64,000 nucleotides of DNA, taken from positions 1 through 64,000 of IMG/VR virus record IMGVR_UViG_3300027823_000001, one strand, 5' to 3'. Each line of letters starts with the position of its first letter. Within the stretch, counting starts at the first letter, position 1. Positions 1-9,578 of this stretch are shown in pieces. Origin of the DNA: a virus. The position numbers were made by a program, and so were the translations under genes. Under the pieces are notes generated by a model. The model did no database searches. It had not been told where the DNA came from and worked only from the letters and a program-made list of their open reading frames with translations.

Positions 1-6
1 AACAAG

Positions 7-2616
7 ATGCGCATCGTTCGTTGGGCCTCAAGTGAGCGCGTTGATCTTCCCGATCTCACCGCGATGTCGTTTCTCGCTCTTGGTGAGTTCCGCCGTTCGA
101 TACGTGCGCTGGTGACTGGCGAAGCGGCGTACATCATTCAAGGCTTCGAGGTCGAGCCCGAGTCGCCGGCAACGACACGCGTCATGGTGCAGTTCCAGCC
201 TCCCGGCGACGACAGGGGTGAGGTGCTCGGTGCCGAACAGACGACGGCAGGCACGGACTACGGACAGCTGATCGGCGGCCGTGATTCGTCGTTCCTCGAC
301 GAAGGTCTCGCGCAGCAGTTCATCGACCTCACCGCCGAACCTCCTGGCTCGTTCGTGGTCGAGATGCGCTTCGTCTACGCCAATGGCGTGAGCGACAACC
401 GAGCGTTCTGGAACCAAGGCACGCAGACCGAGTACGTAGGCGTCACCGAGACCCGACACGTCAGCGGCTGGCAGATCCAGCACGTTGCGGCGCCGACTGG
501 TGGACAGTGGATCCCGCTCGCCGTCGTAACGTGGGATGGCGTGTCGATCGATGCTGCGGACATCGCCGATGTGCGCACGTTCCTGTTCGAGGGCATCAGC
601 CCGTTCCGACGGGCAACGCAAACCAGCTCGGGTGGGGTCGAAGACTTCGATCGCAGCGTCGATCGCGATGTGGATGGTACCTTCCGCATCCGCGATGTCG
701 TGCGCGCGTTGATGCGCCAGGTGCAGGACTTGAAGGGTCAGCCGAACTTTGAGGGGGACTTCGACTGGTTCTCACGCGTCTTCAGCCCGTTCGATCCAGG
801 GGGTGACCTTTCACCGCAGCAGACCAAGACGCTCCGCTCGGTGGACACCGTGAGCTACACCGTTGGTGATGGCATCACGACATTCGGTGACTTCAACGGT
901 GTCACAGGCGTCGATGAGTGTCTCGATCTCATCGCGGCGATGCCCGCCGCACTGATGGCCGCGCGCATTGAAGTGCGCATCCACGGCGGCACGCTGCCGT
1001 ACACGTTGAGCAGCCAGAAGGTCATCACTCCGAGCCCTGGCTACCGCACCGTGGTCTGCATTCGCGCGGCGACACAGCACGACCAGACGAACGAGCTGGA
1101 GGGTCGTCCGATCATCACCATCGCCGCAGCCGACGTACCTGATGGAGGCTACGTGCTGCAAGGCGGCGCAGGTACCAGCTTCGAGCTGGACGACGTCCAG
1201 CTCGGGCTCTCAGGCTCGGCAGTGAACAAGGGGCTTATCTCCTGCGAGACCGGCTATGTGCGAGCGCGCCGGAGTCAGCTCGTGATCTCCGGCCCTGCGG
1301 TCGTGACTGACTCGTTGTTCTGCGTGATCACAGGTAGGGCGCAGCGTTCGTACCTGGAGAACTGCGCGACGTGGGGGCGCCTGTGCTTCTTCGATGAGAC
1401 CGTCGGCACCACGCGAGCAGAACGCAACTTCGGCGGCTACATCGAGAACTGCTCACTGCTCGCTTCGCAGTTGACGCTGCATCACCCTACTGCGGGTGCG
1501 GACACGAACGTCGCTGTCGGGTTCGAGGTGCGGAACTCGCTGGTTGCTGGTCGCGCGACCGCGCCCTTCGCAGGCTCGAAAGCGATGATCGACGGCGGCT
1601 CAGCGAGCTACATCACGTTCCGAGGGTGCACCCTTCAGTGGGGTCAATCGGAGAACTGCATCGACGCTCGCACCTACGTCTCGAACGCGCCCTACAAGTG
1701 GTCAGTCATCGACTGCGAGTTCGATGGTGATACCGTGTCGAACGGTACTCACACGTTCGGCGCTGGAATCAACAGCGTTGACGGTACGGGCTGGGCGATC
1801 AACGTTGAGGAAGGCACGTCGATCACGGTGCGAGGCTGCACCATGAGGAGCATCACCTCTACCGATGCAGGCGGTATCCGCCTGTTCGACGTGCTGCGCT
1901 ACACGATCGAAAGCACATCCTGGGATTCGTGCGGGCACACCGCTGGAGGCTCGGACCTCTTCCAGGGAGTGTTCCTCTCGGGCACCACGGATGGCTGCTT
2001 CTTCGGCGCGTTGAACGATCTTTCGTTCGATTCGTTCGTCACAGGCACCACGCGCGTTCGCTCAATCGACTTCGACCGCTGCGCGCAAACCTCGATGAAG
2101 GGCTGCAAGCTCTACGGCCGTAACGCAGCCTTCACGGCCATCACTCCGGCTGCGAGCTACTGTGCAGTGCGCATCGACACGACCGACGCGCTTCAGATCG
2201 AAGGCTGCTCGTTCAATGGCTGGGCTGCTGGTAGTGCAAACAGTCGCACCATCCTGTTCGACGGCTCGCCAACCTCGACCCAGATTCGAGGTTGTCAGTT
2301 CTCCGGGTGTGGAGGCTTCCCGATCGTGCGCACCAGCGGTTCGCCGCTCTCTGTGACGATCGACGCGTGCTTGCTCAACAGCTCCCACGCGAGCGAGGAT
2401 GGCTTCGATTGCTCTTCGCTGCTTCAGCTGACGGTCACGAACAGCCGATGGGACTTCTCGGCAGGCTCTCCCCACGTCGCGCTGCGCACGAGCACCAGCG
2501 GTTACGTGGTGATGGGCTGCGCGTCCGCAGCGGGGAACTACAACCGAACGGCAGGCACGGGGCGCGGCTACAGCGAAGCAGGGCAGGACCTGAACCTCTT
2601 CCTCGGATACACCTGA
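7..2616 (+). CDS. Tail spike / receptor-binding protein with C-terminal parallel beta-helix
   Basis: 869 aa. The C-terminal half has repeated I-x-G-C-x-F / I-E-N-C strands typical of right-handed beta-helices. Lies upstream of lysis-like genes. Confidence 0.6.
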   Translation: MRIVRWASSERVDLPDLTAMSFLALGEFRRSIRALVTGEAAYIIQGFEVEPESPATTRVMVQFQPPGDDRGEVLGAEQTTAGTDYGQLIGGRDSSFLDEGLAQQFIDLTAEPPGSFVVEMRFVYANGVSDNRAFWNQGTQTEYVGVTETRHVSGWQIQHVAAPTGGQWIPLAVVTWDGVSIDAADIADVRTFLFEGISPFRRATQTSSGGVEDFDRSVDRDVDGTFRIRDVVRALMRQVQDLKGQPNFEGDFDWFSRVFSPFDPGGDLSPQQTKTLRSVDTVSYTVGDGITTFGDFNGVTGVDECLDLIAAMPAALMAARIEVRIHGGTLPYTLSSQKVITPSPGYRTVVCIRAATQHDQTNELEGRPIITIAAADVPDGGYVLQGGAGTSFELDDVQLGLSGSAVNKGLISCETGYVRARRSQLVISGPAVVTDSLFCVITGRAQRSYLENCATWGRLCFFDETVGTTRAERNFGGYIENCSLLASQLTLHHPTAGADTNVAVGFEVRNSLVAGRATAPFAGSKAMIDGGSASYITFRGCTLQWGQSENCIDARTYVSNAPYKWSVIDCEFDGDTVSNGTHTFGAGINSVDGTGWAINVEEGTSITVRGCTMRSITSTDAGGIRLFDVLRYTIESTSWDSCGHTAGGSDLFQGVFLSGTTDGCFFGALNDLSFDSFVTGTTRVRSIDFDRCAQTSMKGCKLYGRNAAFTAITPAASYCAVRIDTTDALQIEGCSFNGWAAGSANSRTILFDGSPTSTQIRGCQFSGCGGFPIVRTSGSPLSVTIDACLLNSSHASEDGFDCSSLLQLTVTNSRWDFSAGSPHVALRTSTSGYVVMGCASAAGNYNRTAGTGRGYSEAGQDLNLFLGYT

Positions 2617-2671
2617 TGTTTTGGTGATCCTTTGCGAGCGGGCTACGATGTTCGTTCGCAAAGGAGTTGCC

Positions 2672-3118
2672 ATGCCGCCCGTACCCGATCCGCTGATTGC
2701 GCATCTCACGTTCCTCCCCTTCGTCGTCGTCATGTTCGTGCTCGGAGCAGTGGGCGAGATGGCGCAGAAGCTCATCCGCGCCGAGGGAGGCGACACGGGC
2801 TGGCGCGGCATCTACTACATCACCAAGTCCTACCATTCGATCTTCATCGGGATGACGCTGTGGGCGGTGCCCAGCATGCCTCTGCCTGATGGTGACTTGA
2901 ACACGCTGACGACTCGCCTGATCGCAGGCGCAGGCGTCGGCGTCGCGACGATGATCGCGTACGAACTCACCGTGAAGACGATCCGCAAAGTGATCGTCAC
3001 GTTCGGAAAGCGCATGGGAGGAATGTTCGACGCTTGGGCTCAACGGCTCAACGGCTCAAGCAACACGCCCATCAAGTCCGACGATGAAGAGAGCAACGCA
3101 GACAGCCCGGAGGAATAA
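2672..3118 (+). CDS. Holin-like membrane protein
   Basis: AAGGAG RBS before ATG 2672; about 3 hydrophobic segments and a charged C-terminal tail; follows the tail gene. Confidence 0.5.
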   Translation: MPPVPDPLIAHLTFLPFVVVMFVLGAVGEMAQKLIRAEGGDTGWRGIYYITKSYHSIFIGMTLWAVPSMPLPDGDLNTLTTRLIAGAGVGVATMIAYELTVKTIRKVIVTFGKRMGGMFDAWAQRLNGSSNTPIKSDDEESNADSPEE

Positions 3119-3119
3119 G

Positions 3120-3593
3120 ATGCTGAAGCCCTGGTACCGCTACTTCTTGTACGTGTTCACGCTGCCCACCGATCTGATCGGCTGGGCCGTCATGCTGTTC
3201 GTCGGACTGGTGTGGGGCGATGGCACGCCCGCCTGGAACGACGGCGTACTCGTCACCACGATGCGCAGAGACTCTTGGCCGATACGCAGTTGGTACAAAC
3301 GCTGGGGCGGCACGACGATCGGACACGCGGTGATGCTCGCGCCGAACATGGCGAGCAGCGTCTACACGCATGAGCTGGTGCACGTCGAGCAGTGCGAAGC
3401 GAACGCGCTTTGTTCGGCCGCGCTTGCGCTAGTGCTTGTGTGGTGGTCGCCGCTCGCAGCGCTGCTCTTGTGGATCACCCTCCCCTGGTTGATCTACATC
3501 GCAGCAGGCCTGTGCGCGCTCCTGCGCGGCGAGAGCTACTACCGAGGCAACCACCTAGAAGAGGCCGCCTACGATCGCGCGGGCGAGCGGTGA
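3120..3593 (+). CDS. Membrane protein with HExxH zinc-metallopeptidase motif
   Basis: GGTTIGH...HELVHVEQ...YRGNHLEEAAY, flanked by hydrophobic segments. Confidence 0.55.
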   Translation: MLKPWYRYFLYVFTLPTDLIGWAVMLFVGLVWGDGTPAWNDGVLVTTMRRDSWPIRSWYKRWGGTTIGHAVMLAPNMASSVYTHELVHVEQCEANALCSAALALVLVWWSPLAALLLWITLPWLIYIAAGLCALLRGESYYRGNHLEEAAYDRAGER

Positions 3594-3952
3594 ACGTGCC
3601 CAAGCGTGAAGGCTTCGCAGTCGGGCTCGCCGTTGTCGGCGGGCTCGCGCTGCTTTTGCTGTTCGTCGTGCTCGCGTACTACGTCGGGCGCGGGTGCTCG
3701 CCTGCCCCGCTTCCCATCGAGTCGACAGACATCGACGCAGGCCCTGGTGATCGTGAGATCGCCACGAGGCTCGACGCTGCCGTGCACCACGCCGTTGTCG
3801 AGCTGGCGAGGATCGAACGCGAGCACGCAACGTCCATCGCTGAGTTCAACGAACTGCAACGCGAAAAGTACGATGCGATCCGCGAAGACCCCGGAGCTGC
3901 GGATGCGTTCATTCGAGACTTCAACCGAAGTCTGCGAGGCCGCCATGACTGA
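3590..3952 (+). CDS. Membrane-anchored helical protein (i-spanin-like)
   Basis: GTG overlaps the upstream TGA; N-terminal TM segment followed by a helical soluble domain. Confidence 0.4.
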   Translation: MNVPKREGFAVGLAVVGGLALLLLFVVLAYYVGRGCSPAPLPIESTDIDAGPGDREIATRLDAAVHHAVVELARIEREHATSIAEFNELQREKYDAIREDPGAADAFIRDFNRSLRGRHD

Positions 3953-4448
3953 CCGTCGATTGCCGACCCGTGGTGGCACGCTGACGGCGTTTCGAGCGCT
4001 GGTGGTACTTCTGGTCGTTTTGAGCACGTCGGCCCTCCTGACGGCACCAGCGGGCGCGCAAACGGTGGAGCTACCAGAACCGCTGCTTTTGCGGGAGGGC
4101 GCGCGGGCGCCGTTCACCGGGCAGCTGATGCCGCAGGAAGACCTGCTGCGCTGGGCGGGCGAGATCGAAGCGCTGAGGCATCAGCTGGCACTCGACGTGC
4201 GCACCGAGCGCGAACGCTGCGACGTGAGGCTCGACCTGGAGCGCGCCCGGACTACAGCGGCTGCTGAGACGCTCACGTTGCACGAGACGCTCTGGCGCAC
4301 CCGTGTCGAAGAACTCGCCACAGCGCTCACGCAGGCCCGGACCAACGCTGTTCGGGAATGGTGGGAGAGCCCTGTGTTGTGGTTCGCTCTCGGCGCTGTC
4401 GTCACGGCCGGCGCAGCCGTGGCTTTGGCTGTCGCCGTGAGCAACTGA
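3945..4448 (+). CDS. Secreted coiled-coil protein with C-terminal TM (spanin-like)
   Basis: Signal-peptide-like N-terminus (APAGA-Q), coiled coil, C-terminal WFALGAVVTAGAAVALAV anchor. Confidence 0.45.
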   Translation: MTDRRLPTRGGTLTAFRALVVLLVVLSTSALLTAPAGAQTVELPEPLLLREGARAPFTGQLMPQEDLLRWAGEIEALRHQLALDVRTERERCDVRLDLERARTTAAAETLTLHETLWRTRVEELATALTQARTNAVREWWESPVLWFALGAVVTAGAAVALAVAVSN

Positions 4449-4451
4449 CCC

Positions 4452-4570
4452 CGGTTACATTTCCCTACCATACGCAGTTTTTTGCGTAGGGGTACGCAGT
4501 GTAGTGCGTACGGTAAGAGATAGATCCTCTCTCTTCGTTCGAGGATCTCTCTCTCAACAAGAAGTAACCG
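4452..4570. promoter_or_regulatory. Palindrome cluster, candidate replication origin or operator
   Basis: TACGCA-N6-TGCGTA at 4471-4488 and 4493-4510 (22-bp period); AGATCCTC/GAGGATCT at 4522-4548; outer CGGTTAC/GTAACCG pair. Confidence 0.5.
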
Positions 4571-4605
4571 AGATCGGGCTTCGCCGAGCTGAAACCGGAA
4601 GTACA

Positions 4606-4615
4606 CATCGGGTAT
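4606..4615 (+). promoter_or_regulatory. CATCGKGTAK phage promoter-like motif
   Basis: CATCGGGTAT, 11 nt before ATG 4627. Confidence 0.6.
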
Positions 4616-4626
4616 ATGCCAGGCAC

Positions 4627-5277
4627 ATGCAAGGCATCGGCTACTTCGTTCCTCACTTCCACATCGCAATCGACATGGGGGTGATCCAGGTGATCGGCGG
4701 AACAACGCTGCACGCGTACGATGTGCTGCGCCACGCGGTATGGCGCGACGAGACGCAGGGTCCTCACGGGCTTGTGCGCCGACGCAACGAAGGCAAGCTC
4801 TGCTGCTCGCTTTCGCAAGCGAGCATCGCCGCGTACCTAGGCGTGAAGCAACGCGCAGCCAATGGTTACATCGCTACGCTGAAGCGCTACGGGTGGCTAC
4901 AGACTGACGGCATGCTCGCGCACGACTCGTCTCTCGTTGTCTACCATCTCGGCAACTACGTCTCGGCCCGCAAGACTGCGGGCACGATCGGGACACACGA
5001 AGTGTTCTTTGCCGATGACTGGCTGGTGCGCGCGCATCGCAGCATGACGAAGCACTTTCGCAAAGCGAAGCGCCTCGGTGAGGTACCGTTCGCTGAGCGC
5101 GTCAGCTTCCTACGAACGTGGGCCGATGGCCTGAACACGAAAGCGCCCCGTGCGTCCGGGGAGGATGCGAAGCCCAACGACGACGAGACGCTAGGAGACG
5201 AACCGGACGCACGAGGCGACTCGGAGTCTGTCACGCGCAGCGCGCAGGTCACGAGCATCGGGTATGAACGCGAATGA
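4627..5277 (+). CDS. Winged-HTH protein, putative replication initiator
   Basis: Y-x-VL...CSLSQASIAAYLGVKQRAANGYIATLKRYGWL, an HTH typical of phage replisome organisers; upstream of helicase/primase genes. Confidence 0.55.
   Translation: MQGIGYFVPHFHIAIDMGVIQVIGGTTLHAYDVLRHAVWRDETQGPHGLVRRRNEGKLCCSLSQASIAAYLGVKQRAANGYIATLKRYGWLQTDGMLAHDSSLVVYHLGNYVSARKTAGTIGTHEVFFADDWLVRAHRSMTKHFRKAKRLGEVPFAERVSFLRTWADGLNTKAPRASGEDAKPNDDETLGDEPDARGDSESVTRSAQVTSIGYERE
5256..5265 (+). promoter_or_regulatory. CATCGKGTAK motif
   Basis: CATCGGGTAT, 8 nt before ATG 5274. Confidence 0.6.
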
Positions 5278-6191
5278 GTGACGACAACGGAGCAGCAGCT
5301 GCGCGATGGAGCGAGGAGCAGACGATGGAGATCAGTGACCGAGTTGCGAGGTTGGAGGAGTACCACCGCGAGGATCGGATCCTCCGTGGCTCGTGGGACG
5401 ATGGTCATGGCCGCGTGTGCCTGCTCGCGGCGTACAGCCCCGAGGCGCAGCGGGAGCGCGCGTCGAGCGCGTGTCCCGCGGAGGCGATGCCTCGGTGGCT
5501 GGCCCACCTCACCCCGAGCCTCGACGACCACGTGAGCGACGAGGCGTGGCGGGGTGTGATCGATCGGTACGTGGCGGTGATCGGCAGGGTCGTGCTGCTC
5601 TCGCCCGCACGCCTCGACCGGCTGCACTACGAGGCGCGAGCGATCGCGGTGCGAGAGGCGAGGTCGCACTGCACCTCGCCCGAGGCGCTCGCGATCCTCG
5701 ATCGCGCGCTCGCGCAGCTCGACCGACGCGCGCTCGGCGCCACGGTCACCGACGAGGAACTGGCGGCCTGGCGCGTCGCGTCGCGAGAGGCGCGGTCGAA
5801 GCTGTGCGACACCTACCGTGCGAAGTACCACAACGCGAACCTCGCCTGGCAGCGGCGGCGCGAGCCCGAGTTCAGCCGTGCGGAGGCAGTGGCGGCGTCG
5901 GCGGCGGAGGCGTCGGCGGAGGCGGAGGTGGCAGCGGCGGCAGCGGCGGCGGAGGGTGCGGTGGCGTCTACGGCGGATCTGGCGGTAGATGCGGCGAAGT
6001 GGGCAGCGGCTGGGGCGGATCTGCTGGTGGCGGCGACGACGTGGATGTCGGCGTTGACGGGGGTGTCGGCGGAGATGACGGAGGCGAGAGCAGCGGCGAG
6101 AGCCTACCGGCGTGGTGCGTGGGACCGCCTCGCCGATGGCTGGTTGTCGTCGTGGGAGAGGGCTGTTTCGGAGGACTTCTTTTCCCAGTGA
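5274..6191 (+). CDS. Hypothetical Ala-rich helical protein
   Basis: 305-aa ORF with overlapping start/stop coupling on both sides. Confidence 0.7.
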   Translation: MSDDNGAAAARWSEEQTMEISDRVARLEEYHREDRILRGSWDDGHGRVCLLAAYSPEAQRERASSACPAEAMPRWLAHLTPSLDDHVSDEAWRGVIDRYVAVIGRVVLLSPARLDRLHYEARAIAVREARSHCTSPEALAILDRALAQLDRRALGATVTDEELAAWRVASREARSKLCDTYRAKYHNANLAWQRRREPEFSRAEAVAASAAEASAEAEVAAAAAAAEGAVASTADLAVDAAKWAAAGADLLVAATTWMSALTGVSAEMTEARAAARAYRRGAWDRLADGWLSSWERAVSEDFFSQ

Positions 6192-7591
6192 TGCAGATAT
6201 GGCGAGGCAACGCGTTCTCGGAGCTGCACAACGCGCCCCTCTTTTTCATCGCAGCCATCCGACGGCAGCTCGCGATACCACTCGCGCCGACGCGTGACGA
6301 AGCCGAGCGCCGACTGCGCGAGACGCGCTTCGGCGAGGTGTTCGTGCACGAGGGCAACCCGTGGGGATCGCTCGTGCGCATCGACAACCGAGTACCTGCT
6401 GGGCTCACGGCCTACGTGATCGCGCTCGCGGAGCATCACGGCGTTGCCTACGAGCTGCGCGACAACCGGATGCGACCAACGGAGAACGTGCCGTGGTGGT
6501 GCGTGAACGCGGCGTGGCGTCCGTACCAAGACCAAGTGCACCGCGCCATCCTTGACTACGGCTCGGGTGTGATCGACGCGCCTCCGCGTTCAGGCAAGAC
6601 ACTGATGGCAGCGCGCGCGATTGACGCGATCGCGCTCGACACCGTCTACGTCGCGCCAAGCGTCCAGATCGTCCGGCAGACCTACGAGGTGTTCTGCTCG
6701 CTGTGGGGAGAGCACATGGTGTCTCGACTCGACGGCACCGCGAAACCGGACCAGCGCGATGCGACCAAGAGCATCGTGGTGACTACAGCGGCAAGCGCGG
6801 TGCGTCAGTCCGAAGAGTGGTGGAAGACCCGCGACGTGTTGGTGATCGATGAGTTCCATCACGCTGCTGCTGAGACGTACCATCGCATCAGCGAGCTAGC
6901 GTCAGAGGCGTACTACAGGCTTTGCTTCACAGGTACTCACTTCCGCACTGCGGGCGACGACCTGGCGATGGCTGCGGTCTGCTCGCAGGTGTTGCACAAG
7001 ATCGAGATTCGAGAGCTGGTAGCAGGCGGCTACATCGCGGCACCTCGGATCGTGTTCGCGTCTACCGCGCATCTCGGTGATCCTGTGCCTGTAGGTACTT
7101 CGTGGGAGGACGCATACAACCAAGGCATCGTGCATCACCTCGGGCGCAACACGCTCATCGCACAGATCGCCGACGGGATCGGAAACCAGAACGCCATCCC
7201 TACGATCGTGCTGGTGAAGCGCCGCGAGCACGCAGACCTACTCGGGGAGATGATCCCTGACAGCGTGGTCGTGAAAGGCGGAGAGGGTGCGCTCACGAGT
7301 GCCGCAGTGAAGCGCTTCGCAGATGGTGAAGGGTACGTGCTAATCGGGACCTCTGTGATCGGAGAAGGCGTCGATCTACCAAGAGCCTCCGCGCTCATCT
7401 ACGCAGCTGGTGGCGACGCCAGTGTGCAGATGATGCAGTCGTACTTCAGGCCTCTCACCGCACACGCAGGCAAGAGCGTCGGTCTGATCTACGACTTCGA
7501 CGACGCTCACGGCACGACCACGATGCGGCGCCATGCGGCGTCGAGGCGTCGCTTCGTGCAAGCACGCATCGGCGAGCAGGTGGTGGTGTGA
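6191..7591 (+). CDS. Superfamily 2 (DExH) helicase, UvsW/XPB-like
   Basis: RPYQ Q-motif, APPRSGKT Walker A, DEFHH, TGT, EGVDLP. True start is ATG 6191, inside the longer track ORF. Confidence 0.9.
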   Translation: MQIWRGNAFSELHNAPLFFIAAIRRQLAIPLAPTRDEAERRLRETRFGEVFVHEGNPWGSLVRIDNRVPAGLTAYVIALAEHHGVAYELRDNRMRPTENVPWWCVNAAWRPYQDQVHRAILDYGSGVIDAPPRSGKTLMAARAIDAIALDTVYVAPSVQIVRQTYEVFCSLWGEHMVSRLDGTAKPDQRDATKSIVVTTAASAVRQSEEWWKTRDVLVIDEFHHAAAETYHRISELASEAYYRLCFTGTHFRTAGDDLAMAAVCSQVLHKIEIRELVAGGYIAAPRIVFASTAHLGDPVPVGTSWEDAYNQGIVHHLGRNTLIAQIADGIGNQNAIPTIVLVKRREHADLLGEMIPDSVVVKGGEGALTSAAVKRFADGEGYVLIGTSVIGEGVDLPRASALIYAAGGDASVQMMQSYFRPLTAHAGKSVGLIYDFDDAHGTTTMRRHAASRRRFVQARIGEQVVV

Positions 7592-8217
7592 TGGTTCAGC
7601 CTGCCATCACGACCCACGTACATGACGTACTGTCGGAGTACGCCAAGCTCACCAAGAGACACACGGGCTACACGGGCACGCCTGAAGCGACGCGCGCCGC
7701 TGTGTCGTTCCTTCGATGGTGCAGAGACAACGAGGTCGAGCAACCGCTGCTCTTCATGTGGCTGCGCTTCCGCATCCTTCGCTCCGGCCGTCGCAACGCA
7801 CTCGCGCACCCGTCGCTACAGAACATGGCCAGCATGGCCATCCTGCCCAAGTACCGCGACCTGAATGCGAACTCTCAGGGTGAGCAGCAGATGCGGAGTC
7901 ACTTCGTGGGGCAATACGAGCGCACGCTCCTGGCCAACAGCGTGGGAGCTGAAGCGGTGCGACGCGACTACGTGATCAACGGGCGCACGGACATGTGCGA
8001 GGTGCAGCCCCGACTGTCTGAGAGCTACCATCCGTTTTCACAGTGGTGCCCTCAGTGCCCACGTGCGCAGTCGTGCGCAGAACGACTGAACAAGCGCGAG
8101 GGCTTCGATGTGGTGGCGCTGCGCTTGGGCAAGCTCTCGCCTGAACAAGCAGCGCAGGCACGCCGACAGCATCGGGTAGATCACACGAGCGGCGCCGTTG
8201 TACCGCGCAGGGAGTAG
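7588..8217 (+). CDS. Hypothetical replication-cluster protein with Cys motif
   Basis: 209 aa, C...YHP...WCPQCP...C; lies between the two helicases. Confidence 0.65.
   Translation: MMVQPAITTHVHDVLSEYAKLTKRHTGYTGTPEATRAAVSFLRWCRDNEVEQPLLFMWLRFRILRSGRRNALAHPSLQNMASMAILPKYRDLNANSQGEQQMRSHFVGQYERTLLANSVGAEAVRRDYVINGRTDMCEVQPRLSESYHPFSQWCPQCPRAQSCAERLNKREGFDVVALRLGKLSPEQAAQARRQHRVDHTSGAVVPRRE
8170..8179 (+). promoter_or_regulatory. CATCGKGTAK motif
   Basis: CATCGGGTAG upstream of dnaB; GCATCGGGTAGATCACA is identical to 22448-22464. Confidence 0.55.
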
Positions 8218-8219
8218 TC

Positions 8220-9578
8220 ATGTCTTCGGCGTTCCCCTTCGATGTGCAGTTTCAGAGATCGATTGCACGGCTCGCCATGCAAGACGAAGGCTTTGCATCG
8301 CGCGCGTTCAAGCACGTAGATGCGTCGTTCTTCACGACGCGTCCGCTCGGGTGGATCTGGACCACGATGCACGCGTACTGGCAGAAGTACATGGTGCGCA
8401 TGACCGAGGTGCCGTTGCGCGACTCGCTTCGCTACGTCGAGCCCGAGAACGTCACTGGTTACTCGAACGAGATCGACGCGACGTGCTCCATCCTCTCGGT
8501 GACCGAGCACGCCTACGTGCGAGAAGCGCTGACCGACTTCTGCAAGCGCAGCATCTTCGCGCAGACGCACAAGAAGGCGCAGGAGCTTTACAACGCAGGC
8601 CAACCCGTCGAGGCCTACGACGAGACGCAGCGCTCGCTTGATCGCATTCGAGAGATCACGTTCGAGGATGAGAACCGATCGTTCTTCTTCGAGGAGATCG
8701 AAGACCGACACCGCGCGCGCATCATCAAGAACGCGACAGGCTTTCAGCGCGTCTTCAGCACAGGTCTCGAACCCATCGACACCGCCACGGATGGGGGCGC
8801 GGTCGAAGGTGAGGTGTGGCTGGTGCAGGGCGTGGCCAAAGCAGGCAAGAGCACCTGGCTCACGCACAACGGCTTCCGTTGCTGCCGCGTGCATCGCGAG
8901 CCTGTTCTGCACATCCAGCTAGAAGGCAAGCGCGAGCAGGTTGAGGCCCGCTACGACGCGCGCTTCTCGGGAGAGTTCTACTCAGAGGTGCGCAAGGGCT
9001 CCATCACTCCGGCCCTCTACCGGGACATGCTTGATGAGTACCGGAGGCTGCGAGGTCTGTTGGTGATCCGCGCCATGACTGACTGGGACGTGACCGCGCT
9101 CGACATCGAGAGCGAGATCAAGACGCTCAAGGCGCGCGGCTTCGTGCCGAAGATGCTGATCTGTGACTACGTGGATCTGCTGCGCTCGCGCAACAAGCGC
9201 GTGGACAGCGAGATGCAACATCAACTCGACGCGACGCGAGATCTGAAGCGGCTGACGATGAACTGGGGTCTCGTCACGCACACGGTCTCGCAAACGCAGA
9301 GGCCCAAGGATGGTGACGACGAACATGAACACGTCATCCGCGCTTCACAGATCGCAGACGCTTACGCGAAGATCCGAGTGGTGGATTTTGTCGGCTCGCT
9401 GAACACAACGAGGCAAGAACGCGAGCAAGGGATCTCTCGCTTCTACGCCGAGATGCATCGCGACAACGCGATGGGGATCTACCTGCGCTTGCAGAACGAC
9501 ATCGCGCGGATGCAGATCGGCGTGAGCGCCGAAGTGATCGAGTTCAAGGAACGGCAAGCGGAGGGGCGGAGGCGATGA
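8220..9578 (+). CDS. dnaB: Replicative DnaB-like (SF4) helicase
   Basis: STGL-x-x-ID, GVAKAGKS Walker A, QLE, ICDYVDLL, VSQ, IADAYAK motifs. Confidence 0.9.
   Translation: MSSAFPFDVQFQRSIARLAMQDEGFASRAFKHVDASFFTTRPLGWIWTTMHAYWQKYMVRMTEVPLRDSLRYVEPENVTGYSNEIDATCSILSVTEHAYVREALTDFCKRSIFAQTHKKAQELYNAGQPVEAYDETQRSLDRIREITFEDENRSFFFEEIEDRHRARIIKNATGFQRVFSTGLEPIDTATDGGAVEGEVWLVQGVAKAGKSTWLTHNGFRCCRVHREPVLHIQLEGKREQVEARYDARFSGEFYSEVRKGSITPALYRDMLDEYRRLRGLLVIRAMTDWDVTALDIESEIKTLKARGFVPKMLICDYVDLLRSRNKRVDSEMQHQLDATRDLKRLTMNWGLVTHTVSQTQRPKDGDDEHEHVIRASQIADAYAKIRVVDFVGSLNTTRQEREQGISRFYAEMHRDNAMGIYLRLQNDIARMQIGVSAEVIEFKERQAEGRRR

Noticed and set aside
5393-6190. Gly-rich N-terminal extension of the SF2 helicase (732-aa track ORF)
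   Set aside because: It overlaps the 5274-6191 gene out of frame; ATG 6191 is coupled to that gene's stop.
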